A stretch of 64,000 bases of DNA from IMG/VR virus record IMGVR_UViG_3300031949_000021. One strand, written 5' to 3'. Position numbers and translations under genes: made by a program. Shown here one piece after another: positions 12,879 through 23,729 of the stretch (positions within the stretch are counted from its first letter, which is position 1; the number at the start of each line of letters is the position of its first letter). The stretch is from an uncultured virus (IMG/VR IMGVR_UViG_3300031949_000021) (Duplodnaviria; Heunggongvirae; Uroviricota; Caudoviricetes). Under the pieces are notes generated by a model. That model was not told the DNA's origin. It ran no database searches and worked only from the letters and a program-made list of their open reading frames with translations.

Positions 12879-13420
12879 ATCTTCTAATTCTTTAACGTCC
12901 CAAACTTCCCCTTCATTTTCCAGGTAGGTATTCAAGATACAAAACTTTAGATTCCTTTCCAAAAAGCTTTTTTATGCTTTTGATTGTATTTTTTTCTAGC
13001 TGTCTATTACTCATTTTTTCACCTCTGATTTTTAACTTACATATTCGATGTAAAATACTAGCTATTTGTTAAAAATCATTTGTAATTAATATTCTTTTAA
13101 GTACATGACCTTGCTTTTTATGTCCTGTCACTTGGCTGATATCCTGAGCTAATTTACTAACAGTTTGGCGACATGTTTTTACTTCTCTATTTACCAAAGC
13201 TGTCAAATCTAAAAATGTAATTTCTGAACTATTCTCTAGTATTTTTTGAATTACTGAAAATTGCTGTTCCCTAATTCCTGGCTTTTGAACTTTTGTCCTA
13301 TATTCTGGAATATGCGAATTGCAGCTAGAAATAAACCTGTTTTTCTGCTGGCAATATCTCCTATAACAATTTTGACAATTTCCTTGCATTATAACTCCTG
13401 ATTATATTGTATTATTTCTA

Positions 13421-13448
13421 TTATCGACACAAACAAGGAAAATCTTTA
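13421..13448 (-). promoter_or_regulatory. Sigma-28-type promoter
   Basis: TAAAGATT..GTCGATAA, N16 spacer. Confidence 0.75.
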
Positions 13449-13512
13449 ATATTATTTTAAACAAGTTTTTTCAGAAAAGACTAAAGTTTTTGAAATTTTT
13501 TAGATTTCCAGT

Positions 13513-13692
13513 TCAGAATTTTTGAACTTTTGCGTTCTTGTACTTTTTGCGCATATCCTCAAACAAAGTTTGATTTGCTTCCTGTAAACTTATTGTCATT
13601 TGCCGCAAATTACCTTCAAGATCGCAGCAGACAATTTTCCTAGCTCGCAACCGTTTTTCTAAACTTCTTATATACTGTTTATCAACAGTCAA
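13513..13692 (-). CDS. 59-aa hypothetical protein (not in ORF track)
   Basis: TTG start after AAGGAG RBS; MTVDKQYIRSLEKRLRARKIVCCD...VQKF*. Confidence 0.6.
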   Translation of the reverse strand: MTVDKQYIRSLEKRLRARKIVCCDLEGNLRQMTISLQEANQTLFEDMRKKYKNAKVQKF

Positions 13693-13723
13693 ATTTTACT
13701 CCTTTTTTAAGGTATCGTTATTA

Positions 13724-13751
13724 TTATCGACACAAACAACAAAAACCTTTA
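13724..13751 (-). promoter_or_regulatory. Sigma-28-type promoter
   Basis: TAAAGGTT..GTCGATAA, N16 spacer. Confidence 0.75.
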
Positions 13752-14018
13752 ATTATATTTTACCATGTCAAAAGGATAATTGCCAGTAAAATTTGAAGCT
13801 CTAATTTGCGATTTAAGCATTTAAAAAACAGCGATGAATAGTAAACCCTTAACACTGATGTAAAAACCTCTTAAAATTGAATTTAGCAGGGGTCTTGAAC
13901 TGGTATTTTGTTAAAATCTAGCTTTTCAACGTCAAAGCATACTATATATGGTATATGGTAAAATCAAAACCACAACAAAAAAGGAGGTTTCAAGATCAAA
14001 TGTCAAAATGTATAGATA

Positions 14019-14045
14019 TAAAGATTTTCCAGCAGATGCCGATAG
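14019..14045 (+). promoter_or_regulatory. Sigma-28-type promoter (divergent, rightward)
   Basis: TAAA-N15-GCCGATAG upstream of ORF 14083-14286. Confidence 0.75.
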
Positions 14046-14082
14046 TATTAATAGAAGATAAAAACCTTAAAAAGGAGTTAAA

Positions 14083-14742
14083 ATGATACCTCTTGACACA
14101 AAAACCCAAAACGAATTAAAGCTTTCTAATGGTAGGCAGGCACTGGCAGATACACAAAAGCCAAACTACGTAAAATCTGCTAAAATCGACGGAGACCGAG
14201 TAATAATAATAGTAAGGTCACGTGGTAGGGATATTATAAAAACCTACCTTTTCCAGGTGCAGGATGAGAATGGGGAATTGTTATAAAAGCCTAAAAACGT
14301 AAAGGAGTAACAATGCAAAACGTAAAAACCGTTATAGAATTGCTATGGGAGGAGAACACCGAAAATGAAAAGGTATAGAATAATTGACAACCAACAACAG
14401 ACAAGAAATTGCCTAATTGAAGCCGAAAATAAAAACGACGCAATAGACAAAGGAGCACATGAACTAAAAACATGGAATATATGGGTAATTCTAGTAAAAC
14501 ATGAACTAGAATTCCCTATACCAAAAGATAACGGCAATAGCTTCAAGTATGGTTTTTACTTCTACGGCCTGCTATCAGGAAAGCAATATAAGGTATACGA
14601 TGTTACAATAGCCGATAGTTTAATTGCAAGATCAGGACATTGCAATATCGGAGAAGAAGTTTGCTTCGTGCGCGCAATAGGAGAATTCAATGGCCAATGG
14701 ATACCAACAAAGGATAACCTAGCATGGATAGAACTACTATAA
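14083..14742 (+). other. Small hypothetical ORFs (14083-14286, 14365-14742)
   Basis: AAGGAG/GGAGG RBSs, downstream of the rightward promoter. Confidence 0.65.
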
Positions 14743-15117
14743 AGGAGAATGCCATTACCCACACGATGATAATAGATATTGTGACACCTGCGGCACGATT
14801 CTATCGGACTTTGGAGATGACAAAAATTGTAAAGACCAATTTTTAGATGATTATTGCCAAAATTGTTGGGATAAAAGCAACAAGGAGCTAGAAGATTATA
14901 TAGCTCGCAATAAGAAGGAGAAAAACACAAATGAATAAAAGCGTAAATAAGTTAGAGCTTGAAAACGTACAAGCACAACTAGCCAAAGGTAGATCAGCAC
15001 TCTTCCATTTATGGCAAAAAGCCCAACAAAGCAATAGCACAAATACAGAAAAGCTATGGAACCTATATATGCAGATGCTCGAAATACAAAAAGCACTCTA
15101 ACATAAATAAGTAAAGG

Positions 15118-15148
15118 AGCTTCTACTTAAAAGAGTAGGAGCTTTTTT
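15118..15148 (+). terminator. Intrinsic terminator
   Basis: AGCTTCTACT-taaaag-AGTAGGAGCT followed by a T run. Confidence 0.75.
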
Positions 15149-15442
15149 ATTGAAATACTTTTTAGCTTAAAAATATAAATGCTTTTTAGTCTAATTGTAT
15201 GGTTGAACAGGTGTTTAGAGGAGTATTTGCATAAATAGGCAGGTTCAAATTGCATACATTATAATTACATCTTATATTGCATTATAGCATCAAACAGCCT
15301 CTAAGCTGTTGTCTATTTACACAAATGCACACCCCCTCATCTGGACATAAGTACAAATTAGATCGTGCTGGAGCTACTTTTGATGCAGAGACACATTATT
15401 GAGGTTTTTTGCTATCAAACACCCTATTTTGTAGCATCAAAC

Positions 15443-15471
15443 TTGACAAAAAAGAGGCTATATGTTATGAT
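15443..15471 (+). promoter_or_regulatory. Sigma-70/SigA promoter
   Basis: TTGACA-N17-TATGAT with extended -10 TG, then AAGGAGG and ATG. Confidence 0.8.
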
Positions 15472-16167
15472 TAAAATAAAAAGGAGGTTGTTATGAAAGA
15501 TACTCTAATAGTAGAAATTGAAGATTTGGCAGGGTTAAATATACTAAAAGAAATAGATCTGAAAAAACAGGAAGGCTAAAATAGAAATACCTAAGTTACA
15601 AAGGATTTATGGAATTAAAACTAATTATTATGCTAATATAGGAAAGTATACTGTTTGGAGCGAATGAGGCTATTATAAAGGATTAATTGTTTTTTGTTGT
15701 CGGCGAAAAAAGGAGAATTAAAAAATGGAAGTTGAAAAAAATTGGGTTATCAAGATAACTGAAAGTGAGAGGCATGCTCTAGATTATTGGTTTGTTGTTT
15801 GTAAAGATCAACATGGAGCTGGGGCTATTACTTGTAAATATTGTGCTTATCAAATAGAGTGTGCTAAGTTAGCTATGGGATTAGAGTTAGAGGAGGATTA
15901 GATGTTATATTTATTAATTGTTTTATATTTTATTGCAAGTATTTCTATAACTATTTTTGCTTTAAGTAAAAATGGGGATAAAGAAGTCTTTTTTTGGCTT
16001 GAATTGTCTGCTATACTATACTTTATAGGATTATTTAGCTTAACCTATTATTTACTGTTGGGGGGTAGTTAGCAAACTATCTAGCTAGGTTTTTTAGGCA
16101 GCCGCGACGAAAACCTTTATTTGGGGGCTGCGGAATTTTACAAAAAAGATATGAGGAGGAATAAATA

Positions 16168-16979
16168 ATGCCCAAAGGCTTTAAATGTGACAAGTGTGAG
16201 GAGTTTTTTGAGTATCCTCGTATTGATAGTTTGTTTGTGTTTTTTGATAACATTTCTAATAGCCCTTATTATAAAAGTGAATTTACACTTTGCAAAGAGT
16301 GTGCTTTTCATATCATGGATAACTGCATTAATAAAAAGGAGTGTGAATAATGGGGATGTACGATAGAATAAGTGATGTTTTATATTGTCCTTTTTGTGGT
16401 GCAGCACAACCAAATCATTCATTTCAAACAAAGAGTTTTGACTGTGTGTTTGAAAACAGATCATTAGCTCAATATAAAGCAGAAAGATTAGATTTTGAAA
16501 TTCACTCTATATGCGAAAAATGTGATAGTTGGATATCATTAAATGTGGATACTGTTTAAAAAGGAGGTATTATGAATAAATTAATTGTTTGCCCAAGGTG
16601 TTTTTCACAAGAAGTAAAACTTATCAATAAGAAGAAAGAAGTATATCGTTGTGTTAGAGATATACCAGACAGTCCAATTCAAGAAAAGTGTGATTGGACA
16701 TTCTCTAAAAAAGATGTAAATAAAAACTATGTGGATCTTTTACAAAAATCATTAGATAGAAATATAATAGCTAAAGAAATTAAAAAACAGACAAAAGAAG
16801 AAAAGCATAAAAGATACTTAAAAACTGTAGAGGAGGGAAATAAGGTGATCAAAGTCTGCGATTGCAAATCGGAGTACCAGGATAAAAAATATGGCAAAAA
16901 TAAACGAGTATTTAATAAAATGAATTCAACTTCAACAACAGTAAAATATAGGTGCACAGTATGTGGAAAAGAGAAGTAA
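16168..16979 (+). other. Three small zinc-ribbon (CxxC) proteins
   Basis: ORFs 16168-16350, 16350-16559 and 16572-16979 with paired Cys motifs. Confidence 0.65.
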
Positions 16980-17283
16980 AATGTGCTATAATAGTATTGG
17001 GTGATAAAGATGATTGCAATTCTTATTTGTTTGGTTATTTGGGTGATCTGTAGCTATCGAGAAGGTAAGTGGATAACTCAGCATACACACAGTAGAAGGA
17101 GGATAAAATGATAGTAAAAATACTTAATAAAGATAAAGAAATGGATATTGAAATAAAAAGAATGATGGTTACTCTCCCAGAAGAGGGGATAATAACATTA
17201 ATCACGAAAGACAATAAAAAAATATCTATTTCTACATCTGATTTTGTAGATATTGTCTGTGTCGGCGAAAGAGTTGAAGGCTA

Positions 17284-17664
17284 ATGGCGTTTAAAAAAGG
17301 GCATAATGGACATAAAAGAAAAGAATACCCTGGTGATAAGCCCTATTCTAGATATCAAGCAATAAACTACTTTTGTACAGAATGTAACTGCGGTAATGCT
17401 CATGCTAAAAAAGACTGCAAAGTAACTGATTGCACACTATTCCCCTATCGACTAGGCAAAAAAGATCCTAAAGAATATACTGGAAAAGAAATCTACACAA
17501 AAGCAAAAGCTATTAAAGAAACCTGCAATTTTTGTGTCTGCAATCAACCAAGTCTAAGAGCAGAATGTGTTGATACTTCTTGCTTTCTATTTCCTTATCG
17601 GATGGGAACTAAAAATCCAACTAGGTATATCAGAAAGGGTATTAAGCAAAGGGTTATTTTTTAG
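17284..17664 (+). CDS. Cys-rich protein with an internal tandem domain duplication
   Basis: Two copies of AI...CxxCxC......C....C.LFPYR[LM]G.K.P. Confidence 0.75.
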   Translation: MAFKKGHNGHKRKEYPGDKPYSRYQAINYFCTECNCGNAHAKKDCKVTDCTLFPYRLGKKDPKEYTGKEIYTKAKAIKETCNFCVCNQPSLRAECVDTSCFLFPYRMGTKNPTRYIRKGIKQRVIF

Positions 17665-17728
17665 GCTGTTTTTGGTCTATACATATACTAAAAATGCAAA
17701 TTATCAACGAAAAAAGAAAATAGGTACT

Positions 17729-17953
17729 ATGATACTAATAGACAATACTGGTCGATTAGTGAGCACAAAAAGCATAAAAGAGTTACATGAATTTGCTAAA
17801 AAATTAGGATTGAAACAGTCTTGGTATCAAAGTGGAAAACAGCCCCACTATAAAACAAAAAATAAAATATATGATGCTATAGTAGAAGGAGCTAGAAGAG
17901 TAGACCCAAAAGAATTGGCAAGAAAAACGTGGTGGAATAACAATGAAAAATAA
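17729..17953 (+). CDS. DUF4031-like protein
   Basis: ELHEFAKKLGLKQSWYQ....HY motif; ATG at MILID. Confidence 0.65.
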   Translation: MILIDNTGRLVSTKSIKELHEFAKKLGLKQSWYQSGKQPHYKTKNKIYDAIVEGARRVDPKELARKTWWNNNEK

Positions 17954-18112
17954 CTATAGTCTAGAATTACAAAAACATGACTGGTGTATTCATTTTCCAG
18001 ATAGATGCTTTGACACTTGTAGCTATGAATTAATGAAAGAAGATGACTTTCAATATTGTCCTATGTTAGATATAATAGAACAGATAAAAAATCAAAGAAA
18101 GAAAAATAAAAA

Positions 18113-18189
18113 GCTGCCATCGTCTAGTGGAAGGACACCAGTTTTTCAATCTGGTAATGGTTTGGGTTCGATTCCCCCTGGCAGCACCA
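18113..18189 (+). tRNA. tRNA-Glu(TTC)
   Basis: Acceptor GCTGCCA/TGGCAGC plus ACCA, D-arm TCGTCTAGTGG, anticodon loop TT-TTC-AA, GGTTCGATTCC. Confidence 0.85.
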
Positions 18190-18261
18190 GTGGGTAGCTC
18201 AGTCTGGTAGAGTTCCTAGCTTGGACCTAGGATGTCGCAAGTTCAAATCTTGCCCCACTGA
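18188..18261 (+). tRNA. tRNA-Pro(TGG)
   Basis: CAGTGGG/CCCACTG acceptor, TAGCTCAG, CCTAG-CT-TGG-AC-CTAGG, GTTCAAATC. Confidence 0.9.
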
Positions 18262-18268
18262 CAAATAG

Positions 18269-18354
18269 GCTGAGGTATGCAAATTGGGTGAAGCAAGCAG
18301 ACTGTAAATCTGTGATATTAAGAAACATTGAAGGTTCGAGTCCTTCCCTCAGCA
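18269..18354 (+). tRNA. tRNA-Tyr(GTA)
   Basis: GCTGAGG/CCTCAGC acceptor, GCAGA-CT-GTA-AA-TCTGT, long variable arm, GGTTCGAGTCC. Confidence 0.9.
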
Positions 18355-18356
18355 CT

Positions 18357-18428
18357 GTGAGCGTAGCTTAATGGTAAAGCGTCAGGTCGTGGCCCTGAAG
18401 GATCTGGATTCGAGTTCCAGCGTTCACC
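18357..18428 (+). tRNA. tRNA-His(GTG)
   Basis: GTGAGCG/CGTTCAC acceptor with C discriminator, TCAGG-TC-GTG-GC-CCTGA. Confidence 0.85.
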
Positions 18429-18821
18429 CAAAGTAAATATATATGTTGACACTAATAACACTAAAGTAAACATATGTACTGACAAAAATATATTTTACAA
18501 CATTAAAACATATTTTACTACACATAGGCTATAATAAAGGAAAGGAGTTACAATGGTTAAATTTAAAAGAAATAACTTAATTAGAATATTTTTAAAAAAT
18601 TGGCCTGACGACAGATATGCTTATGAAATACCATATAAAGATATCCGATGGAATTATCCAGTAAAAGGATTTTTTACCCTTAGAGAAATTGAAGAAGATT
18701 CCAACGCATTATTTACCTATCCAATCAATAAAATAGCTACGCTTGAATGCTTTATAAATTAGTTTTATACTAATTATTTACAAAATAAAAAAGAAAACTG
18801 CTAGTTTGGAGCAAAAATAAA

Positions 18822-19304
18822 ATGATACTAGACTGCACAATATGCGGAATATCTATAAGAATAAAAAACGAAAAAGAAGTACAAAAGCCCTTTATTTGTA
18901 AATCTTGTAGACCAAACCACGGAAAAAATTGGACAAAAGAAGAAGTTGACAAGGTTAAACTATTAAGATCTACAACAACTTTATCAGTAGAAGAAATAGC
19001 TGATAGATTAGAAATGGGTTATTGTAAAGTCCAACGTAAAATAGCTTACCTTGGGCTTTATCCCCCTAAAAGAAATAAATCAATAGGAAGAAAAAGAACT
19101 ATTGGAGATATAGAAGAAATTAAAGTAACAACAATAGAAAAAGATAAAAAGAAAATAAGGAAGGATATAAATATATGGATTCCTGTAAAAGATTTAACTT
19201 GGATGTTATATAAGGGAGAGATTACTGATGGCTATAAAGTAATAATAAAAGATATAAAAAAGCCCCAAAATAGCTTAGAAAACCTTGAATTAGTTATTAT
19301 TTAA
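18822..19304 (+). CDS. Zinc-ribbon plus HTH putative transcription regulator
   Basis: CxxC..CxxC followed by WTKEEVDKVKLL...SVEEIADRL. Confidence 0.6.
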   Translation: MILDCTICGISIRIKNEKEVQKPFICKSCRPNHGKNWTKEEVDKVKLLRSTTTLSVEEIADRLEMGYCKVQRKIAYLGLYPPKRNKSIGRKRTIGDIEEIKVTTIEKDKKKIRKDINIWIPVKDLTWMLYKGEITDGYKVIIKDIKKPQNSLENLELVII

Positions 19305-19326
19305 TCTAATTTGCCTATAATTTAAT

Positions 19327-19360
19327 AAAAAAAAGCCCCCTTATAATAGAGGGCTTATTT
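19327..19360. terminator. Bidirectional terminator between convergent gene blocks
   Basis: A8-GCCC..GGGC-TTATTT at the plus/minus convergence point. Confidence 0.7.
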
Positions 19361-19390
19361 ATTTGTCTAGATAGTTTAAAAATCTATAGC

Positions 19391-21443
19391 TTAAAAAGGA
19401 TTCTTTTTAAAATTATGTCCTCCAATTGCTGCATAAATCATCTCATCACAATATTTCCATATTTTAGATAGTATAACATCTTTAACAGGTTTTTCTTTTT
19501 CTAATCCTAATGATTCTATAATTGTCAAAATCCTTCCACTATAGAACTTGAAAATATTGACAATAGCATTAAAATATTCTTGCTTCTCTATCTCTTGTTT
19601 TAAATAGTCTCGTAACTTTCCCAGCACCTCCCCAACAATCTCATATATTTCTGATTCTACAAGGCTGCTTGCACTTTTAGCCTGTCGATCTGATATATTC
19701 GTGGAATTAATAACCCTATTCGTTGCTTGAATAAAAAAATCTTTTCTTTCTCTAATAGCGTCTACTTTTTCTTCATAAACAGAGATATCCTTTGACATAA
19801 CTAAACACTCTCCTTTACTTAACTTGACTATCCCGACAAAAATAGCGACACTTTTGGCGAGATATAACTAGACATTGCACTTACCTACGTCTATACCTAT
19901 CTAGACAAAACTAAACAGATTGCTTATTGTGTACTTTAGCCACCGATGAAAGCACATTATTTCCTAGTATTACTAACTGATTAAGAATCTGAGAGTATAA
20001 ATCCCCAGCCTCTTCATCTAAGGTTTCTGAGTCTAGTAACTGTAGCCCATTAAAATCTACTATCCAAGCAAAACCACATGTACGAATACTTAAAACATAC
20101 TCTTCATCTAGCCCAGCCTCATACAAATCCTCATTTAAGTTAGTTACTACGTTAATAAGATCATAAATTTTTTTCACTATTCCCCCTCTCCAACTCTAAA
20201 GCTATTTGACTTTGTAAAGAATCCAACTCTATCCAATAATGATAAAAAAGATCTTTTTTAGTTTTAAGTTTTCTTTTGCATACTTTACAAATCCATATTT
20301 TCTCCATTAAGCATGTGCTCCTATTAGTATAGTCCCACCAGGGATAGAGTGCTCAGATACAGAACAGCATCCAAAAGATGTGCCCTCTTCCAAAAAACCA
20401 ATATACTCATCTTTCAAACTATCAGGAACAAAAGCTACCCAATCCTCATCTCCCCCATGATTAGATAATTTTCGATATTCCTCTGGGGCATCCCAAAATC
20501 TCCATATTTTAATCAACTTTCTTTCATTAATTTTTTCCATCCTCTAATCCTTTCGTCATATCTTTAAACTCACTATTAACTATAGCGTTTTCTACTTCTT
20601 TTAATCCTTCTAAGAGTATTAATTTTAAAACTTTAAGTCTACGAGCAATGCATTTCCCTTTCTTAGCTTCTGTAACTAGGGCAGTTAATTCTCTCTGGGC
20701 TACTATAGTAATGGTTAAAGCATATAGTAAACTATCGTCCATAAGAGAACTCCTTAACTCCACATTCCTGTATAAGCTCATCAGCAGACCCTTTAGTATA
20801 TGTGGCTAAATAAAATAAGCCCTTCATTTTATACTTTCTTTATATCCCGCTCAGGAATAATAAGTTTACTTTTAGTTTTTTGTTTATTTAGAACAGTTTC
20901 AATTACTACTTTTTCTTCTTTTACCCTCTGTAAAGCATAATCTTCTCCACGAATAACTTTATTGCTTATAAGGAGCTTTATAAGTGCATCTAACTTCATA
21001 TTTAAAATAACTTCCATAGGTAGGCTTATTTGATTATTTGGAACATTTTCCAATAACTTATCAATTTCTGTTTGTACCTCTTGTATATCCTTAATTACCT
21101 CTGCAGAAAACTCATCTGGTTTATTCACGCTTTTTTCCTTTCTTTCCTTCAAGATACCCAATTAAGTAACCTATACAATATGTTGACAAATTAAAGAATA
21201 TAAAGAAGGCAATAAAACTATTTTTATTCATTATTTTCCTTTAACTTAGCGATACAATAATAGAAAATTAGCTATACCAAGACAAGTGCTGGCTACCAAA
21301 ATCTTCCAGTCTTTAATTGATACACTAGATATAACTCCAACGGATATAAATCCCAAACAAGTAAAAATAACCAATATCTTATAAATTATATTCATCATAA
21401 ATCTCCACCACCTTGTTTTTAATCTCATTATAAAGCTTTTCAT
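19391..21443 (-). other. Hypothetical ORFs downstream of recA
   Basis: Six minus-strand ORFs of 65-135 aa. Confidence 0.65.
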
Positions 21444-23481
21444 CAGAATTAAGTATATCTATAGCCCCTTTTTCCATACCTAATTTATCTTCCCCATAAA
21501 AATAAGTTGACTTATTGGCTACTATTACTCCACAATCTTCTGCTAAATAAAGTAAGTCATGCCCTTTATTAATACCCTTTCCGTAATATATATGAGTATA
21601 TAATTCTCTACCTTCTCCACCAAGACCTTTTTTAATCCTTATCTTTACCTTTTGTCCATATACAAGTTTTCTAGATTTATTTTTTATCGTAGCTTGTTTA
21701 TCTAAAGTTTGAATCTTTCGTAAATCTAGAGTTAAAGAAGAATAGTGTTTTAAAAATCGCCCCCCTGGATAACTCTCATTAGAGTTATGAATAATAAAAC
21801 CATTATCTTTGTTTCCCGCCAAATAGTTGTGTGTATCTTTTATTACTAAATCATATTTAATTTTATTTCTATACTTTCTATCAGAGGCTTTATTTATATC
21901 AATAATATTTATATATTTTATTTTAAAACTTTCTTTATAGCTACAGTCAAAATCTTTATACTTTCCTTTAAATTCTTTTGGGAGTTTATATTGCATGCAC
22001 TCAGGAATATAATTTTCTATAATAGAACATAATTTAGTAAATCCTTTTTTATTAAATATAAATCTTCCTTCATTAAAGTCTATTTTATTTTCTACGCCAA
22101 ATTTTTCTTTAAAAAGTTTATTTGATATTTTGATAAGGGTCTCAGGATAATCTTTAAATCTATAAGCACATATACTTCCCCTACAATGAGACCTAGATTC
22201 ATCAATACTTCCATCATCCATATACCATATAGCTAAAGATAGTGGGGTAATCTCATCAATAAAATTTAGGGGGTTTCTATTACCTAAAAGGGATTTGTAT
22301 TTATATAATTCATAAGAAGACTTAGAGCAATATCTATCTAACTTCTTATTGTGTGCAAAATATTTTTCTAGTCTAAAATTTAAATCCTTTAATTTATTTA
22401 CTTTCCATATTATATAGTCCACATTTTTATTGTCTTGTAAATTAATACTTGCTGTTTTTTTCTTTATAGCTATATGACTATCTCCGATTAATGTTCCAAT
22501 AATAAACTCTTGCAAACTGTTATTAAAAATACTTCTATATTTAGATACAACTTTATCATTAATAGACACATCTTTTGCTTTTTTCCACCCCTTTTGTGTT
22601 AATATTTTATGATTGTCTGTACATGTAATACTTAAAATCCCATTCTTTGTTTCTATAGCTTCTGTCTTTATTGTAATAAAGTTTTCTTTTTCTACTTTAC
22701 CGTTGTTTTTCCATCCTATAATGCTCTTTTTAATAAGCCTATTGGCTTTTTTATCTATAGAAAATACTTTTCCTTTTATCTTATTATCAACTATTTCTTT
22801 TATACTATAATTTCTTCCATCAGTTAACGGAATATTTACATCTCCATGCAAACATCCGAACATCCCCCCTATTTTTTCTCTTATCTGATTAGCTACAATT
22901 ATTGTGGTATCTGTTTTATACGCCACAGGAAGGAGTTTACGTAGAGCTTTTGTTATTAATTTAGCTTGAAGTCCTACAGTTTCATCCTCCATTTCATTTT
23001 CTACTTCTTTTTTAGGTGCTAAAGCTGGAACAGAATCCATAACTACTAATTTAACTTTTCCAGACCGCATTAAATCTTCTATCATTTCTAAATTTGCTTC
23101 CGCCCATAGTCCATGAAGAAGTTTTACTTTTCCTGGACTAGTATCTATTCCACATTTATTTGCATATACTATATCAAATCTAAATTCAAAATCCCCATAA
23201 ATACAAATATCCCTGTCATAATATTCTTTATAGTGCTGAAAAGCAGTTACTATATGTTGAATTAATGTTGACTTACCCGCGCCTTCCGGTGCAATTATTT
23301 GGATAAGTTTGCCTATTGGAATACCCCTATAGGGTATAAGTAAATCTAAAGGAAGAATTTCACTAGAAAGATAACCCGATTTCATATCACTAGCATCTAT
23401 AATTGATCCTTCTCCATATTTAGCATTTAGTTTGTTATAATAGGCTTCTAAATCTATATTACTTGTCTTCTTTTTTGGCAT
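21379..23481 (-). CDS. recA: RecA recombinase interrupted by an intein
   Basis: APEGAGKST, VVMDSVPALAPKKE, VGLQAKLITKALRKL, NQIREKIGGMFG|intein|SNESYPGGRFLKHYSS. Confidence 0.93.
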   Translation of the reverse strand: MPKKKTSNIDLEAYYNKLNAKYGEGSIIDASDMKSGYLSSEILPLDLLIPYRGIPIGKLIQIIAPEGAGKSTLIQHIVTAFQHYKEYYDRDICIYGDFEFRFDIVYANKCGIDTSPGKVKLLHGLWAEANLEMIEDLMRSGKVKLVVMDSVPALAPKKEVENEMEDETVGLQAKLITKALRKLLPVAYKTDTTIIVANQIREKIGGMFGCLHGDVNIPLTDGRNYSIKEIVDNKIKGKVFSIDKKANRLIKKSIIGWKNNGKVEKENFITIKTEAIETKNGILSITCTDNHKILTQKGWKKAKDVSINDKVVSKYRSIFNNSLQEFIIGTLIGDSHIAIKKKTASINLQDNKNVDYIIWKVNKLKDLNFRLEKYFAHNKKLDRYCSKSSYELYKYKSLLGNRNPLNFIDEITPLSLAIWYMDDGSIDESRSHCRGSICAYRFKDYPETLIKISNKLFKEKFGVENKIDFNEGRFIFNKKGFTKLCSIIENYIPECMQYKLPKEFKGKYKDFDCSYKESFKIKYINIIDINKASDRKYRNKIKYDLVIKDTHNYLAGNKDNGFIIHNSNESYPGGRFLKHYSSLTLDLRKIQTLDKQATIKNKSRKLVYGQKVKIRIKKGLGGEGRELYTHIYYGKGINKGHDLLYLAEDCGVIVANKSTYFYGEDKLGMEKGAIDILNSDEKLYNEIKNKVVEIYDEYNL
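21784..22854 (-). mobile_element. Intein (357 aa) with LAGLIDADG endonuclease in RecA
   Basis: Starts CLHGD, ends IIHN/S; IIGTLIGDS and SLAIWYMDDG motifs; MFG|S position corresponds to the RecA-b site. Confidence 0.92.
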
Positions 23482-23729
23482 TTAATCTCCTTTGCCGTTT
23501 TAAGCACCACTTTTTAAGCCCTACTTTATCTATAATACAATCATCACAACGAGTACATTCCACTACTCCAACACAAGAATCTATCCCTCTAAGATAGTAG
23601 ATACAGTTTGTCTTATTACAAGTATACTTATTTCTACTGCACTTTTTTTCTTCTTGCCTACTAGCTATAAGATGACAATCAATTATAGTCCTAGCAGCTA
23701 TTTCAATTAAGCATAGATTATTATAATCT

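Larger units (their letters stand above)
11392..13389 (-). other. Cluster of small hypothetical early ORFs (11392-11673, 11715-11954, 12174-12383, 12561-12821, 13069-13389)
   Basis: ORFs with RBS-like sequences; several directly follow a sigma-28-type promoter. Confidence 0.7.

Noticed and set aside
9560..13080. Integron cassette array (attC sites)
   Set aside because: Only one copy of the motif forms an inverted repeat, the cores do not match RYYYAAC/GTTRRRY, and no integrase is present in the window.
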